Shown: positions 30,801-39,959, counted from the stretch's first letter. The stretch: DNA of 64,000 nt from Bacteroidales bacterium (GCA_016928075.1 JAFGLJ010000001.1:35146-99145); one strand, 5' to 3'. A program made the numbers and translations. Notes: a model not told the origin generated them from the letters alone.

Positions 30801-31219
30801 ATTATATCGGGCTGGCCCATGAAACCCTGGGAAATAAAAAAGATTCAGTTGAATATTTTACATCATGCACGGAACTTGAGTCAGGAAGCCAGGGATATAT
30901 AAGATACTACAGCGGGTTGGTCAACCTTAAGCTGGGCAGGAAAGACGAAGCTTCGGAAATATTTAACTCCCTGATTGAAGAAGGAAATGAACGAATCATC
31001 CAGGCTCCTTCCTCCGGTGTTGATTTTTTCGCCAAGTTCGGTGCCAGGGAAGCTGAAAATGCACGGTTGTCAAACGCCTACCTGCTCATAGGTCTTGGTC
31101 ATAAAGGCCTTGGCCAGGATAAACAGGCCGTGGAAAACCTGCAAAAGGCCGTAGAACTTTCAACAGCCAATCTATATGCCAGAATCGAACTGCAGGACCT
31201 GCTTACGAAAACTGACTGA
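27842..31219 (+). CDS. DUF5107 domain plus TPR-repeat protein
   Basis: 1125 aa. The N-terminal ~450 aa look like the beta-sandwich pattern I associate with DUF5107. The C-terminal ~600 aa contain many TPR-like repeats (AYYYLGNILYEK.., AIAYRNLGWGYY..). Confidence 0.7.
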   Translation: MMLSGKKIGMPKVLVCLSEALMLVFAIFSVNKIEAQVTISEEEWVIPSYLIAAPDKNPMFFKNESYQGASRHIYPYTLDDVFSTQKVDKAWKALILENDYIRLCITPEIGGKIYYAADKTSDYNFIYKNDVVKPAYIGMTGAWVSGGIEWDVLHHHRASTFLPVNYTLVENTDSSKTIWIGETDLRHRMRWTIGITVFPGKSYFRARIKIHNPTPYSHSFLYWANVAVHANKNYQVIFPPGVQFATYHAKTEFTHWPLSREVYRGQDFTEGVDVSWWKNSVSSASFFAHDLKEDFMGGYDHGKNTGIVHIGDHNTVKGAKVWEWGSGPRGQLTEAELTENAGPYLELMTGAYSDNQPDYSWIKPYESKIAEQYWYPIRDIGGFKNANLNGAVNLEEKEDNSIFLGYYSTQEIENARIVIKNKNKVIFEKNILISPEFTFTDSINIEEEFKMTDLYTEMVNAESGEVLLSYQPAEREYTEELPETVKSPPAPEDIETIEEVFLTGKRIEQFYNPRIDPMDYYQEALNRDPGDIRTNISVGNILLQNGDYANARKHFCKAISRITRDYTRPYDCEALYLEGITLKALELYDEAIDTLYRATWDYAFHPAAYFELAQISVMRGDYSKALDEINESLATNSRNNSAICLKASILRRMGKYESATEILEPVLRTDPLDFRAANESYLLAISSGDQVNSEHELGVLDRKMRDYDQNYIELATGYINDGLPEEAEGVLLRFKAKNPVTSYYLGYLAHRKGNIDEAEKYFKEGSAQVVDYCFPFRLETIKVLETALEYYPSDAKAYYYLGNILYEKQPAKAIQYWENAVKYDPTLAIAYRNLGWGYYQHRDDGNKAIKAYEKAIDLNRNEPIYYLELDRLYEMSNAPVEKRLSLFEGNNDIVSKREDAFARQIAVLTLAGEAGTAVEYLRGREFTFREGSSGIRDIIIDAYLALGLEHMKAKHYHKAIETFLHARIPEEEASGSRAGNRNIQVDYYIGLAHETLGNKKDSVEYFTSCTELESGSQGYIRYYSGLVNLKLGRKDEASEIFNSLIEEGNERIIQAPSSGVDFFAKFGAREAENARLSNAYLLIGLGHKGLGQDKQAVENLQKAVELSTANLYARIELQDLLTKTD

Positions 31220-31588
31220 AAACTCTGTTGCGATTTATATAATACCAAAATTCTCATCAAATTATTGGAACCATTGGTCAAATTGATCTTTCTGTTAAAA
31301 AACATAATTGCCTGATATGTGGAAGCCTGTTTAATACTGATTATTAATGTCTTGGATCGTAACAATTACTCTAGTGACCTCAATTTTATTAATCTTCCGG
31401 TCAAAATCCATTATTTTTTGATGAACTAACATATTTCTCATATAAACATAATAATTCTGTTGATTTTCGTCAGAAATACTTAGACTAATAAGTTAAAATA
31501 ATCTCCTGTAAACCTCACTGACAGGGGATTTGCGATTTGCACTTACTGCCCCAATATCTTAATTTTACTCAAGGATTTTTAGCGTAAA

Positions 31589-32239
31589 ATGAATGCTAAA
31601 AGGTCATGCTTAACTAAATCAAATAACATGACGACTGGGAAGACCGGTAAAATGAATTTTCGTAACGGAGTTTTAGCGGGTGCAGCTATAGTTGCATTTG
31701 CCCTGATATCATTATCGGCTATAAGGGCTAAAAAGGCGTCCAGTTATTTTAAGGCAGAGTATTTAGCTTCAGAAGAAGAATGTTTCATGATTGTTGATGA
31801 GAACAGGCATTTAAAAGATTCACTAACACACATTTATGAAAACCTTGATGAGATTTACAAATTCACCTGGCAGAACATTGATTTCTGGTTGGACTACTAT
31901 CAGGTTAAATTCCAGAGGGTGGCCAAAGCCCAGATTATACTGGAAACTAATTCGCTTACCTCGAAGATCTGCCTGAAGAACAATAATCTTTTTGGGATGA
32001 AATTGGCAAAATACAGGCCAACCACAGCCAAGGGCATTCGTTACAAACATGCTTACTATGATAATTTCATAGAGTCCATCAGAGATTATAAACTATACCA
32101 GGACTATTTCCTTGTTGAAAACTGTCCTGATGAATATAGCTATTTGAAAATGCTTGAAACAAACCGTTATGCGACAGCAATGCATTATGTTGAAGCTTTG
32201 CGTAAAATTATTGAAAGGGATTTTCCGGACGGAAACTGA
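31589..32239 (+). CDS. Glucosaminidase-domain protein (mannosyl-glycoprotein endo-beta-N-acetylglucosaminidase-like)
   Basis: A TM anchor is followed by LETNSLTSKICLKNNNLFGMK...YDNFIESIRDY, resembling the PF01832-type glucosaminidase core. Confidence 0.6.
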   Translation: MNAKRSCLTKSNNMTTGKTGKMNFRNGVLAGAAIVAFALISLSAIRAKKASSYFKAEYLASEEECFMIVDENRHLKDSLTHIYENLDEIYKFTWQNIDFWLDYYQVKFQRVAKAQIILETNSLTSKICLKNNNLFGMKLAKYRPTTAKGIRYKHAYYDNFIESIRDYKLYQDYFLVENCPDEYSYLKMLETNRYATAMHYVEALRKIIERDFPDGN

Positions 32240-32281
32240 CACTGAAAATAAATAACCAGACAAGGAATAAAATTTGAAGCA

Positions 32282-32851
32282 ATGGTTGAGAATGAATTTC
32301 TATATAATGAAGAAGAATATGATGGATTTTCATTTTACGATGCAGAAACGGCATTTTCTGACAATCATTATGATGAGGAAGATAATATGGAGGATGACGA
32401 AGCATGGTGGTATTCATCTAAATATATGCCTCTATCAATTGAAGAAGAAGATGCCGCCATTGCTTCATGCCGTGAAGAAACAGCCTGGTGCGGTTGTCTT
32501 AATGGAGATGGTGATGAACGGTGGTATTATCTTGAAGTCAATGAATTATTGGATGAAATAACTGGCCGTCCGGCACCTGTAGTATCGACCGAGACTATCT
32601 GGGCAGGTGAATTCACCGATATAGGCACTGTTACTTACGATCCCGAATTGAACATAATTATCATTGATTTAACAGATGGATGGAAACTGCAGGATGTTGA
32701 AGAGCCTGTTAAAATTCAGGGATACGACGTTTTACCGTCAGACACACCGTCAGCAGAACTTTTTACAACTTATAAGGGTAAACGAACGACTATTGAAGTC
32801 GGGCCTTATAAATATTATGCTATTCACCTTGATGTACAGATCGGCACATGA
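32282..32851 (+). CDS. Hypothetical acidic protein
   Basis: 189-aa ORF with a very acidic N-terminus. No family recognised. The overlapping 32274 and 32676 ORFs are judged to be shadow ORFs. Confidence 0.45.
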   Translation: MVENEFLYNEEEYDGFSFYDAETAFSDNHYDEEDNMEDDEAWWYSSKYMPLSIEEEDAAIASCREETAWCGCLNGDGDERWYYLEVNELLDEITGRPAPVVSTETIWAGEFTDIGTVTYDPELNIIIIDLTDGWKLQDVEEPVKIQGYDVLPSDTPSAELFTTYKGKRTTIEVGPYKYYAIHLDVQIGT

Positions 32852-32892
32852 TATTCTGACCAAATCAATCAATATACTTATCAGGAATAAAA

Positions 32893-33825
32893 TTGTATGT
32901 GCCGAATTCCTATGGAATAATTATATTTATTAATCCGAATAAATCAACTGTAAACAAATTGGTCAGCAAAATCCTTTGCTACGGTGAAATGTTATGGGAT
33001 GTATTCCCGGGTAAGGCTGTTCCGGGAGGGGCTCCCATGAATGTGGCTATTGGTCTTAAAAAACTCGGTGCCGATGTTTCCTTTTTAAGCAGCTGCGGGC
33101 ATGATAAGCGTGGAGAGGAGCTGCTGAAATACCTGGAGGATAGCGACATCTCAACGAAATATATCCAGAGGAACGATTACCCGACGGGGATTGTTAAGGT
33201 TGAACTGTCTGAAGATAACAAAGCCACATTTGAAATTTTGTTTCCTGCGGCCTGGGACTATATTCGAAAACCTGACAATATACCTGCTTTCGAAGTAATT
33301 GTATTTGGAAGCCTGGCATGCAGGCATACAAGCTCCTTTGATACACTAAAAATCCTGCTGGAAAATAAGACACTTAAAATCTGTGATGTTAACTTCCGCC
33401 CTCCTTACCTCGACCAGGCAATAGTTGAACTGCTTCTTGGTAAAGCTGATATCGTAAAAATGAATCGTGAGGAATTATCACTGGTGTCAGGCTTGAATGG
33501 AACAAGGCAGGAAACTCTTGAAGAGGAAGCAGAACTGGTTTTTAATAAATACAACATTAGAATTTTGTGCGTGACTCTTGGTGCACAAGGGGCATTTTTA
33601 ATGACCGGTCATGACAGAATTTACCAAAAAGGGTTCAGGGTGAATACAGTCGATACTGTTGGAGCCGGAGATGCATTTCTCGCAGGTTTTATCCACTATT
33701 ATTTAAACAATAAACCTTTGAAGGAAACCCTCGAATTTGCATGCCGCCTGGGGGCTTACGTGGCATCCCGTGAAGGGGCCAATCCTCCTTTTCATAAAGA
33801 CAGTCTGGATAAATTAAGGACATAA
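32893..33825 (+). CDS. PfkB-family carbohydrate kinase (fructokinase-like)
   Basis: KILCYGEMLWDVFPG..VPGGAPMNVA N-terminal motif and C-terminal DTVGAGDAF signature. The true start is probably downstream of ATG 32893 (for example TTG 32959). Confidence 0.8.
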   Translation: MYVPNSYGIIIFINPNKSTVNKLVSKILCYGEMLWDVFPGKAVPGGAPMNVAIGLKKLGADVSFLSSCGHDKRGEELLKYLEDSDISTKYIQRNDYPTGIVKVELSEDNKATFEILFPAAWDYIRKPDNIPAFEVIVFGSLACRHTSSFDTLKILLENKTLKICDVNFRPPYLDQAIVELLLGKADIVKMNREELSLVSGLNGTRQETLEEEAELVFNKYNIRILCVTLGAQGAFLMTGHDRIYQKGFRVNTVDTVGAGDAFLAGFIHYYLNNKPLKETLEFACRLGAYVASREGANPPFHKDSLDKLRT

Positions 33826-33954
33826 ATGATCAAACCTGTCTACCGACAGGTAGACGTTCAAACCATTCAAACCTGATGATCTCAGAGTGGCTGAGAGAGT
33901 TGAGAGGGTTGAGCGCTCGTGCTTGAGCACTCGCTGTTGAGCTATAACGAGCAA

Positions 33955-33980
33955 TCCTCCTTCGCTGAAGCTACGGAGGA
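33955..33980. repeat. REP family 4 copy (tcctccttcgctgaagctacggagga)
   Basis: Palindromic ends TCCTCC/GGAGGA. Its reverse complement matches 52228-52254 (tccgccgtagctttagcgaaggtgga) at all but three positions. Confidence 0.75.
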
Positions 33981-34011
33981 CAGAGCGAGTAACCAGTAAC
34001 GAGCAACCAGT

Positions 34012-35331
34012 TTATATCATCTCAAGGTTATATTTTGCAGCAGCCAGCAACGGCCGTGTCCATACCCCGTATTTGCAGGCCTGTTCACAATAACCTTCGC
34101 AGTCGATGCATACCGTTAAGGGCTTTTGCAATTTCAGCCCGGCATACTTGGTCATGGCCCTTTTTTCCTGCCTTTTGACACTGAAATAATAGTTATAGCG
34201 TAGTATCTTATTTACTGGCATGTGATGCGGGCAGGCTGCCTCACAATCATTACATCCTATCCTGCATGCTGTATGACCGAGATGCTCCTGGAACCCTCTT
34301 AACACAACCTCATCCCTGCCCGTAAGCTTCTGGCCCGACAGGCCAAGCAAGTTATCCACCTCTTCAAAATTCTGGAAATCCCACAGTGTGGTGTGTGCCA
34401 GGGGATTGGATAAAACATATTTTGATGCTGCCGTTTTCAATTCGCTATCGCTGCTTATACCGTACCTGGCAAAGAAAGCCTTTGCCTGTTCATCCATTAA
34501 TCTATACTTATCATAATATGCCTGCAGGAAAGCATCTGCCTCTTTCCCTTCTTCCTCAAGCCTGCTCATCCGGCTTTCAAAAATGTTAAAAATATGTACC
34601 GGGTTCGATTTCATTATCATTGTGGCAATACTCTTCTTATCACATTCCTCAAGTACCTTTTCTGCTATATCTGCATTCGCAAAATTGTATGCAAGAAGTA
34701 TAACATCAAAGCGTCCGTCTTCTATGGCTGACATAAGAATTGTATCAAGGCTTTCCTCGGTATCATAAGCCCAGTTATTACCATGGCACGAAACCCCCAC
34801 ATGTTTAACCCTGCTCTCTTTCTTCAACTGTTCCATTGCCGAATGAAAAGCTTCATCCTTTAATATGGCAGAATTCTCTGCCGAGTGAATCTGTATGCAA
34901 TCGATATAATCTGTTTGAAGCCTTTCCATGGCCCGGTATGACCGTTCAAGAACTTCCTTCTTTGAAGGAAACTCCTTTTCAGTATACAGCTTGCTGTTGA
35001 TAAATATCTTACTGCGATCAAAATCCTGAAGTACACGCCCGATTATTCTTTCACTGTTCCCATTCCCATATGTTTCACCCGTATCTATCAGGTTAACCCC
35101 TCTTTCCAGCAAAGCTCTGAGAACAGCTTCGTTCATAGGAGCCCCGCTGCTGAAATCGGATACCATGAAACCTGTCTTACCAAATTTGCGGTATTCCTTA
35201 ATAGATGGCGGTGCATTTACAGTGTCTTTATTATCGGTAGCAAGTGTCCCGGCTGAAAGCATGCCTGCTCCTATCGTACTTAAAGAAGCTGTCTTTATGA
35301 ATTTTCTGCGATTGAGTTTTGAAGAGGCCAT
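34012..35331 (-). CDS. Tat-signal aldo/keto reductase with C-terminal Fe-S (Cys-cluster) extension
   Basis: N-terminal NRRKFIKTASLSTIGAG and an AKR core (DTGETYGNG.SE, IDCIQIHS). C-terminal Cys motifs are CNDCEAACP and CIDCEGYCEQAC. Confidence 0.8.
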   Translation of the reverse strand: MASSKLNRRKFIKTASLSTIGAGMLSAGTLATDNKDTVNAPPSIKEYRKFGKTGFMVSDFSSGAPMNEAVLRALLERGVNLIDTGETYGNGNSERIIGRVLQDFDRSKIFINSKLYTEKEFPSKKEVLERSYRAMERLQTDYIDCIQIHSAENSAILKDEAFHSAMEQLKKESRVKHVGVSCHGNNWAYDTEESLDTILMSAIEDGRFDVILLAYNFANADIAEKVLEECDKKSIATMIMKSNPVHIFNIFESRMSRLEEEGKEADAFLQAYYDKYRLMDEQAKAFFARYGISSDSELKTAASKYVLSNPLAHTTLWDFQNFEEVDNLLGLSGQKLTGRDEVVLRGFQEHLGHTACRIGCNDCEAACPHHMPVNKILRYNYYFSVKRQEKRAMTKYAGLKLQKPLTVCIDCEGYCEQACKYGVWTRPLLAAAKYNLEMI

Positions 35332-35660
35332 ATTGAGAATGTTTGATTGATCCGGGAAAATACAAAAACTTATTTATGAAATACTATATATTCTGTTTTT
35401 TATTACTATGGTTGAGAGGTTTTGGGGTTTAGATGTTGAAGTGTTGAACTGTTTAATTGTTGAAGTGGGATCTATACAATTGAGTTCCGTTACACACTAA
35501 GTCATTCATCATCCTTAATACTGTGCTCTGTTCTCTGTTCTCTGAGCCCTTTGCTTAAACCCGCAACCTGAACCGAGGCGAAGCCGAGCTCGCCGAAGGC
35601 AAACATTAAACTAATATCCTGGCAATTTGTTTTAATTATAATGATATTAGCGTTTAGTAT

Positions 35661-36071
35661 ATGAGAATCCTTGTTCTATGCACCGGTAACAGCTGCCGCA
35701 GCCAGATGGCAGAAGGCTTTATAAAATCATTCGACCGGGATATCGAAGTTTACAGCGCAGGAACTGCTCCGGCAGGTAAGGTACATCCAAAGGCTGTGGC
35801 CGTAATGAATGAAATCGGCATTGACATTTCAGACCATAAACCTAAAATGGTAGATATATTCCTGAAAGATTCTTTTGATTACCTTATCACGGTATGTGAC
35901 GATGCAAAAGAAAACTGCCCGCTCTTTACAGGTGATGTGAAGCACCGCATGCATATTGGTTTCAGGGATCCTGCAAAAGCAAGCGGTACAGAAGAAGAAA
36001 TAATGAATTTATTTCGTGAAGTCAGGGACCGGATAGGCAAAGAAATGAAACGATTGGTTAACACTATTTAG
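35661..36071 (+). CDS. arsC: Arsenate reductase, LMW-PTP/thioredoxin-coupled type
   Basis: P-loop CTGNSCRSQMAEG plus the downstream Cys pair in TVCDDAKENCP. 136 aa. Confidence 0.8.
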   Translation: MRILVLCTGNSCRSQMAEGFIKSFDRDIEVYSAGTAPAGKVHPKAVAVMNEIGIDISDHKPKMVDIFLKDSFDYLITVCDDAKENCPLFTGDVKHRMHIGFRDPAKASGTEEEIMNLFREVRDRIGKEMKRLVNTI

Positions 36072-36134
36072 AGACACCAGGCCTTGTCCGTCGTAGTACC
36101 GGGATACCGGTACGAAGACGGGCCTGGCAACTCT
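36070..36134. repeat. REP family 1 copy between convergent genes
   Basis: Same core as the other two copies. The TAG immediately preceding/abutting it (36069-36071, 2 nt of overlap) is the arsC stop codon, and its other end overlaps the stop of the convergent 36133-36558 gene. Confidence 0.9.
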
Positions 36135-36558
36135 ATTGATTCTGATTGGTTGTAGTCTCTTTAGCGATTGTTATTATTATTGTCTTGACTTTCTTACTGT
36201 AATATATTATCCCTGTGAGGTTATACGGCAATCCTAATTCTATCTGATAAATACTGTCATATCCTTCCTGCCATAAACTGGCAATATTAACATCCGAATA
36301 ACTCTGTGTCATCATGCGAATATCCATTCTCATCAAATCAAAATTATAAGAAGCAGGTAACCCGATCAGAATACTTTTAGCAATACACCCTCCTTCCATA
36401 GTTACCAGGGTGTCATTTTGCAGGTAACCTTCTGTTCGTTCAATGAGATCAAAAGCCAAAAGATTGCAGTATTTTTCAATCAATGAATTTTCCACTTCCT
36501 GCGCACAGGATATAATAGCCAGCATGATTGACAGCGATAAAACCAATACCTTTTTCAA
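36133..36558 (-). CDS. Hypothetical lipoprotein
   Basis: 141 aa with signal ...LAIISC. No family recognised. Confidence 0.5.
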   Translation of the reverse strand: MKKVLVLSLSIMLAIISCAQEVENSLIEKYCNLLAFDLIERTEGYLQNDTLVTMEGGCIAKSILIGLPASYNFDLMRMDIRMMTQSYSDVNIASLWQEGYDSIYQIELGLPYNLTGIIYYSKKVKTIIITIAKETTTNQNQ

Positions 36559-36687
36559 GTCTTCTGTTTTTGTTCTGCAAATTACTAAATCATATAAGCA
36601 TTTTTAGTTAATACCCGCAGCAGTTATTAGCAAAATGTACTAATTTTGAACAGTAACTGGATTTTAAATCATAAAAAACCGCTTCAT

Positions 36688-37038
36688 ATGAAACTCACTT
36701 TAAGTATTAAAGTAATATCATTACTACTGGCATTGTCAATTCTTTTTGCAAGTTGTGCAAGTACAACCATTATTCAATCTGAGCCGTCAGGAGCTAAATT
36801 ATATCTCAATGGTGAACACGTAGGGGAAACGCCTTACACACATATTGATACAAAGATAATTGGCAGTACCAATACTGTTCGTTTAACCATGGAGGGATAT
36901 GATGATTTTATAGGCAGTTTTTCGAGGGATGAAGAAGTAGATATTGGAGCTGTGATTGGTGGAATATTTTTTCTTTTCCCATTCCTGTGGACAATGAAGT
37001 ACAAGCCCTTCCATACTTATGAATTGCAGAAAAAGTAG
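36688..37038 (+). CDS. PEGA-domain lipoprotein
   Basis: Start moved to ATG 36688 (MKLTLSIKVISLLLALSILFASC). The PEGA-like motif is SEPSGAKLYLNGEHVGETPY. Confidence 0.65.
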   Translation: MKLTLSIKVISLLLALSILFASCASTTIIQSEPSGAKLYLNGEHVGETPYTHIDTKIIGSTNTVRLTMEGYDDFIGSFSRDEEVDIGAVIGGIFFLFPFLWTMKYKPFHTYELQKK

Positions 37039-37297
37039 CATCTTCAGTTACAGTGTCGATATTATGGATTAACCTTAAATTTGACTGGCATACTTTAGTT
37101 ATACTATACGGTTGCCCGTGTGATTACCGTCCAGGCATGTCAATTGAATAAAGTTTCGTAAATTAGTTATTGCGATACACGGCAACCCCTCTATTTAATT
37201 TACTGGTAGCCGTGACACTCATTTTATTCTCGGCCATTTTCAGGAATAATACTATTGCGACAAATTTGTTGCACTTCGTGGTTTTAATAATAAAACA

Positions 37298-38095
37298 ATG
37301 ATATCAAAAGAATCCGTAATCGATGATTTAAATGCAGTGCGGTCTCAATCACCATTGGTACATAACATTAGTAATTATGTGGTCATGAATACCACTGCAA
37401 ACGCTTTGCTCGCTGTTGGGGCCTCTCCTGTAATGGCCCATGCGGTTGATGAAGTTGAAGATATGGTAAAAATTGCATCCTCACTGGTTATTAACATTGG
37501 TACGCTCAGCAGAACCTGGGTTGAAGCTATGATAAAAGCCTCGAAAACAGCCGTGGAGAGGAATATTCCTGTGGTCTTCGATCCTGTTGGTGCAGGGGCG
37601 ACTTCATACCGTACTGTAACCAGCCTTCAGATTATAAAAGAATGCCGGCCCGGAGTTATTCGTGGCAATGCGTCTGAAATCATGGCTCTGGTAATGGAAA
37701 AAGGGCATACAAAAGGAGTCGAAAGCATAGTTTCACCGGAATCAGCTATTGCTGCTGCTGCAAGCCTTAACAGGGATACTGGTGCGGTGATTGTCATAAG
37801 CGGCCCCGTCGATTACATTATTGATGAACAGTCGGTTATAGAAGTAAGAAATGGCTCACCCATGATGAGAAAAGTAACCGGGCTGGGATGTACGGCTACT
37901 GCTCTCATCGGTGCCTTTATGGCAGTAAATAAAAATTTTCTGATGGCTTCAGCCCATGCCATGACAGTAATGGGTATTGCAGGCGAGCTGGCAGCAAAAA
38001 AATCCCGTGGCCCCGGGACCATGCAAATGCATTTTCTTGATGAATTGTATAAATTATCAGGAAAAGAAATAGCCAGTTATTATAATGCAGAATAA
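37298..38095 (+). CDS. thiM: Hydroxyethylthiazole kinase
   Basis: [30 protein letters not shown] and downstream ThiM-type motifs. 265 aa. It overlaps the next start (ATAATGA). Confidence 0.9.
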   Translation: MISKESVIDDLNAVRSQSPLVHNISNYVVMNTTANALLAVGASPVMAHAVDEVEDMVKIASSLVINIGTLSRTWVEAMIKASKTAVERNIPVVFDPVGAGATSYRTVTSLQIIKECRPGVIRGNASEIMALVMEKGHTKGVESIVSPESAIAAAASLNRDTGAVIVISGPVDYIIDEQSVIEVRNGSPMMRKVTGLGCTATALIGAFMAVNKNFLMASAHAMTVMGIAGELAAKKSRGPGTMQMHFLDELYKLSGKEIASYYNAE

Positions 38096-38930
38096 TGAAA
38101 ATATTTGATCCCACCCTGTACCTTGTCACCGACCGGTTGCTTTCAAAAGGCCGCCCGGTAGAATATATTGTTGAACAGGCAGTAAAAGGAGGGGTCACTA
38201 TGGTACAGCTCATGGAAAAAGAGTGTTCTACATCTGAATTTGTCAGCCGTGCTCAACTCTTAAAAAACTGCTTGCCCCTATGAAAATCCCATTAATAATA
38301 AATGACAGGCTTGATATTGCCCTGGCAAAAGATGCAGAAGGCTTACATATAGGCCAGTATGATATGCCCTATGCTATTGCACGCAGGCTACTGGGCAGTG
38401 ATAAAATTATCGGCCTTTCCGTTGAAAATTTCGAACAGGCTGAGCAGGCAAATAAAATAAATGTTGACTATATCGGGTTGTCCCCCGTATTTGCAACAGG
38501 TACTAAACCCGGACATCCTGAGCCTCATGTAAAAGAAGGGATATGGCTGGCAAAGTACCCCGGGGTACATGCCATGATGGATGTTTCTGATGGTCTTTCT
38601 TCCGACCTGTCCCATATCTTGAAGGCTTCGGGTAAATCAGCTGTTGTGAACCTCGAAAAACTGCCTGTCTCCGATACCCTGAAAAGAGTGGCACTTGAAC
38701 AGAAATGGAACCTCGATAAGCTAGTATCATCAGGAGGAGAAGATTATGTCCTTTTATGCACAATACATGCCGGGCATTATGAAAAAATAAACAGTGCTTC
38801 CCGGGCAACTTTTGGTAAGGAGTTATTTCCTGTAGGTGAAATCATCGATGGAAAAAACCAGATATTATGGATGAAAAACGGAAAACAGGTAACCCCTGAT
38901 AAACATGAATGGAATCACTTCACCGCTTAA
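38095..38930 (+). pseudogene. thiE: Disrupted thiamine-phosphate synthase (thiE, frameshifted) fused to the C-terminal half of thiamine-monophosphate kinase (thiL)
   Basis: ORF 38095-38283 is the ThiE N-terminus (LYLVTD...GVTMVQLMEK). ORF 38280-38930 continues ThiE in another frame (IPLIINDRLDIA...GLSPVFATGTKP). At ~38505-38520 it switches to ThiL C-terminal sequence (PEPHVKEG...DVSDGLSSDLSHI...SGGEDYVLLCT). Confidence 0.8.
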
Positions 38931-39017
38931 CGGCCAGATAAAAAATGATGATAAGATTCTAAAGAAAGTAAAAGATATGGTATTATCATTTAAAGAAACC
39001 GATAAATATTATTTAAA

Positions 39018-39656
39018 ATGACCGTTACCATAATATATGATAACACCGCTTTTCGCCATGAGCTAACACCCGATTGGGGATTTTCCTGCCTGGTTGAAGC
39101 ATATGGAAAAACAATACTTTTTGATACCGGAGCAAACTGTTTTATACTGCTCGAAAATATGAAGAAACTGGATATAGATCCATTGTCAATTGATGAAGTG
39201 TTCATTTCACATGCGCATTTTGACCATATCGGAGGCCTTGCATCATTCCTGATGAAAAACAATTATGTCAATATCTATGTCCCCGCGTCATTCACGGAAT
39301 TTCATTATTCAAGGCAAATTATCTATGTCGATCAACCTTTAAAAATTCATGAACATATTTATTCTACAGGTGAACTGGAGGGGATAGAGCAATCAATGGT
39401 GGTGGGAACAGACAAAGGCATGGTAATTATCACAGGATGTTCCCATCCAGGAATAGAAGAAATTCTTTCAGCAGCCTCCGTTTTCGGCAAACCATATGCA
39501 ATACTGGGTGGCTTTCATGGATTCAATGAATATGAGTTATTTAAAGACCTCAAAATGATTTGCCCCATGCATTGCACCCAGCATACAGCAGAAATAAAAA
39601 GCCGATTCCCGGATAAATATATTGAAGGAGGAGCCGGGAGAATAATCGAGCTGTGA
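39018..39656 (+). CDS. MBL-fold metallo-hydrolase
   Basis: HxHxDH motif ISHAHFDHIGG. 212 aa. Confidence 0.8.
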   Translation: MTVTIIYDNTAFRHELTPDWGFSCLVEAYGKTILFDTGANCFILLENMKKLDIDPLSIDEVFISHAHFDHIGGLASFLMKNNYVNIYVPASFTEFHYSRQIIYVDQPLKIHEHIYSTGELEGIEQSMVVGTDKGMVIITGCSHPGIEEILSAASVFGKPYAILGGFHGFNEYELFKDLKMICPMHCTQHTAEIKSRFPDKYIEGGAGRIIEL

Positions 39657-39674
39657 AGCTAATACCCTTTTTTG

Positions 39675-39959
39675 TCAGGCTGTTTTTATTGATTTCACAA
39701 TGTCTGTAGTGAAAATCAAAAAGGCAACAGACCCGAGGATGGCAGGAATAATATAAACATTATCGTATTTCACTGATTCAAACCAGTGACCGAAAACAGG
39801 TGAACCCAGCCAGGCTCCGATCCATCCGAAAATTACTTTTGAAATAAATGAATTCCAGCCAGGCCTGACATAATACTTAAATACGAAATGCATGATTACT
39901 GAGACCACAAGGCTGATCCCCAATAAAATGATAAAACTGATGAAGTTCATTCCAATCAT
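39675..39959 (-). CDS. GlsB/YeaQ/YmgE-family small membrane protein
   Basis: 94 aa with three hydrophobic helices and a GWIGAWLG motif. Confidence 0.65.
   Translation of the reverse strand: MIGMNFISFIILLGISLVVSVIMHFVFKYYVRPGWNSFISKVIFGWIGAWLGSPVFGHWFESVKYDNVYIIPAILGSVAFLIFTTDIVKSIKTA

Noticed and set aside
37040-37297. An expected TPP (THI-box) riboswitch upstream of thiM.
   Set aside because: I could not find the conserved CTGAGA or ACCTGATCTGGATAATGCCAGC-like elements on either strand. Only an unrelated long-range inverted repeat is present (acggttgcccgtgtgat / atacacggcaacc).
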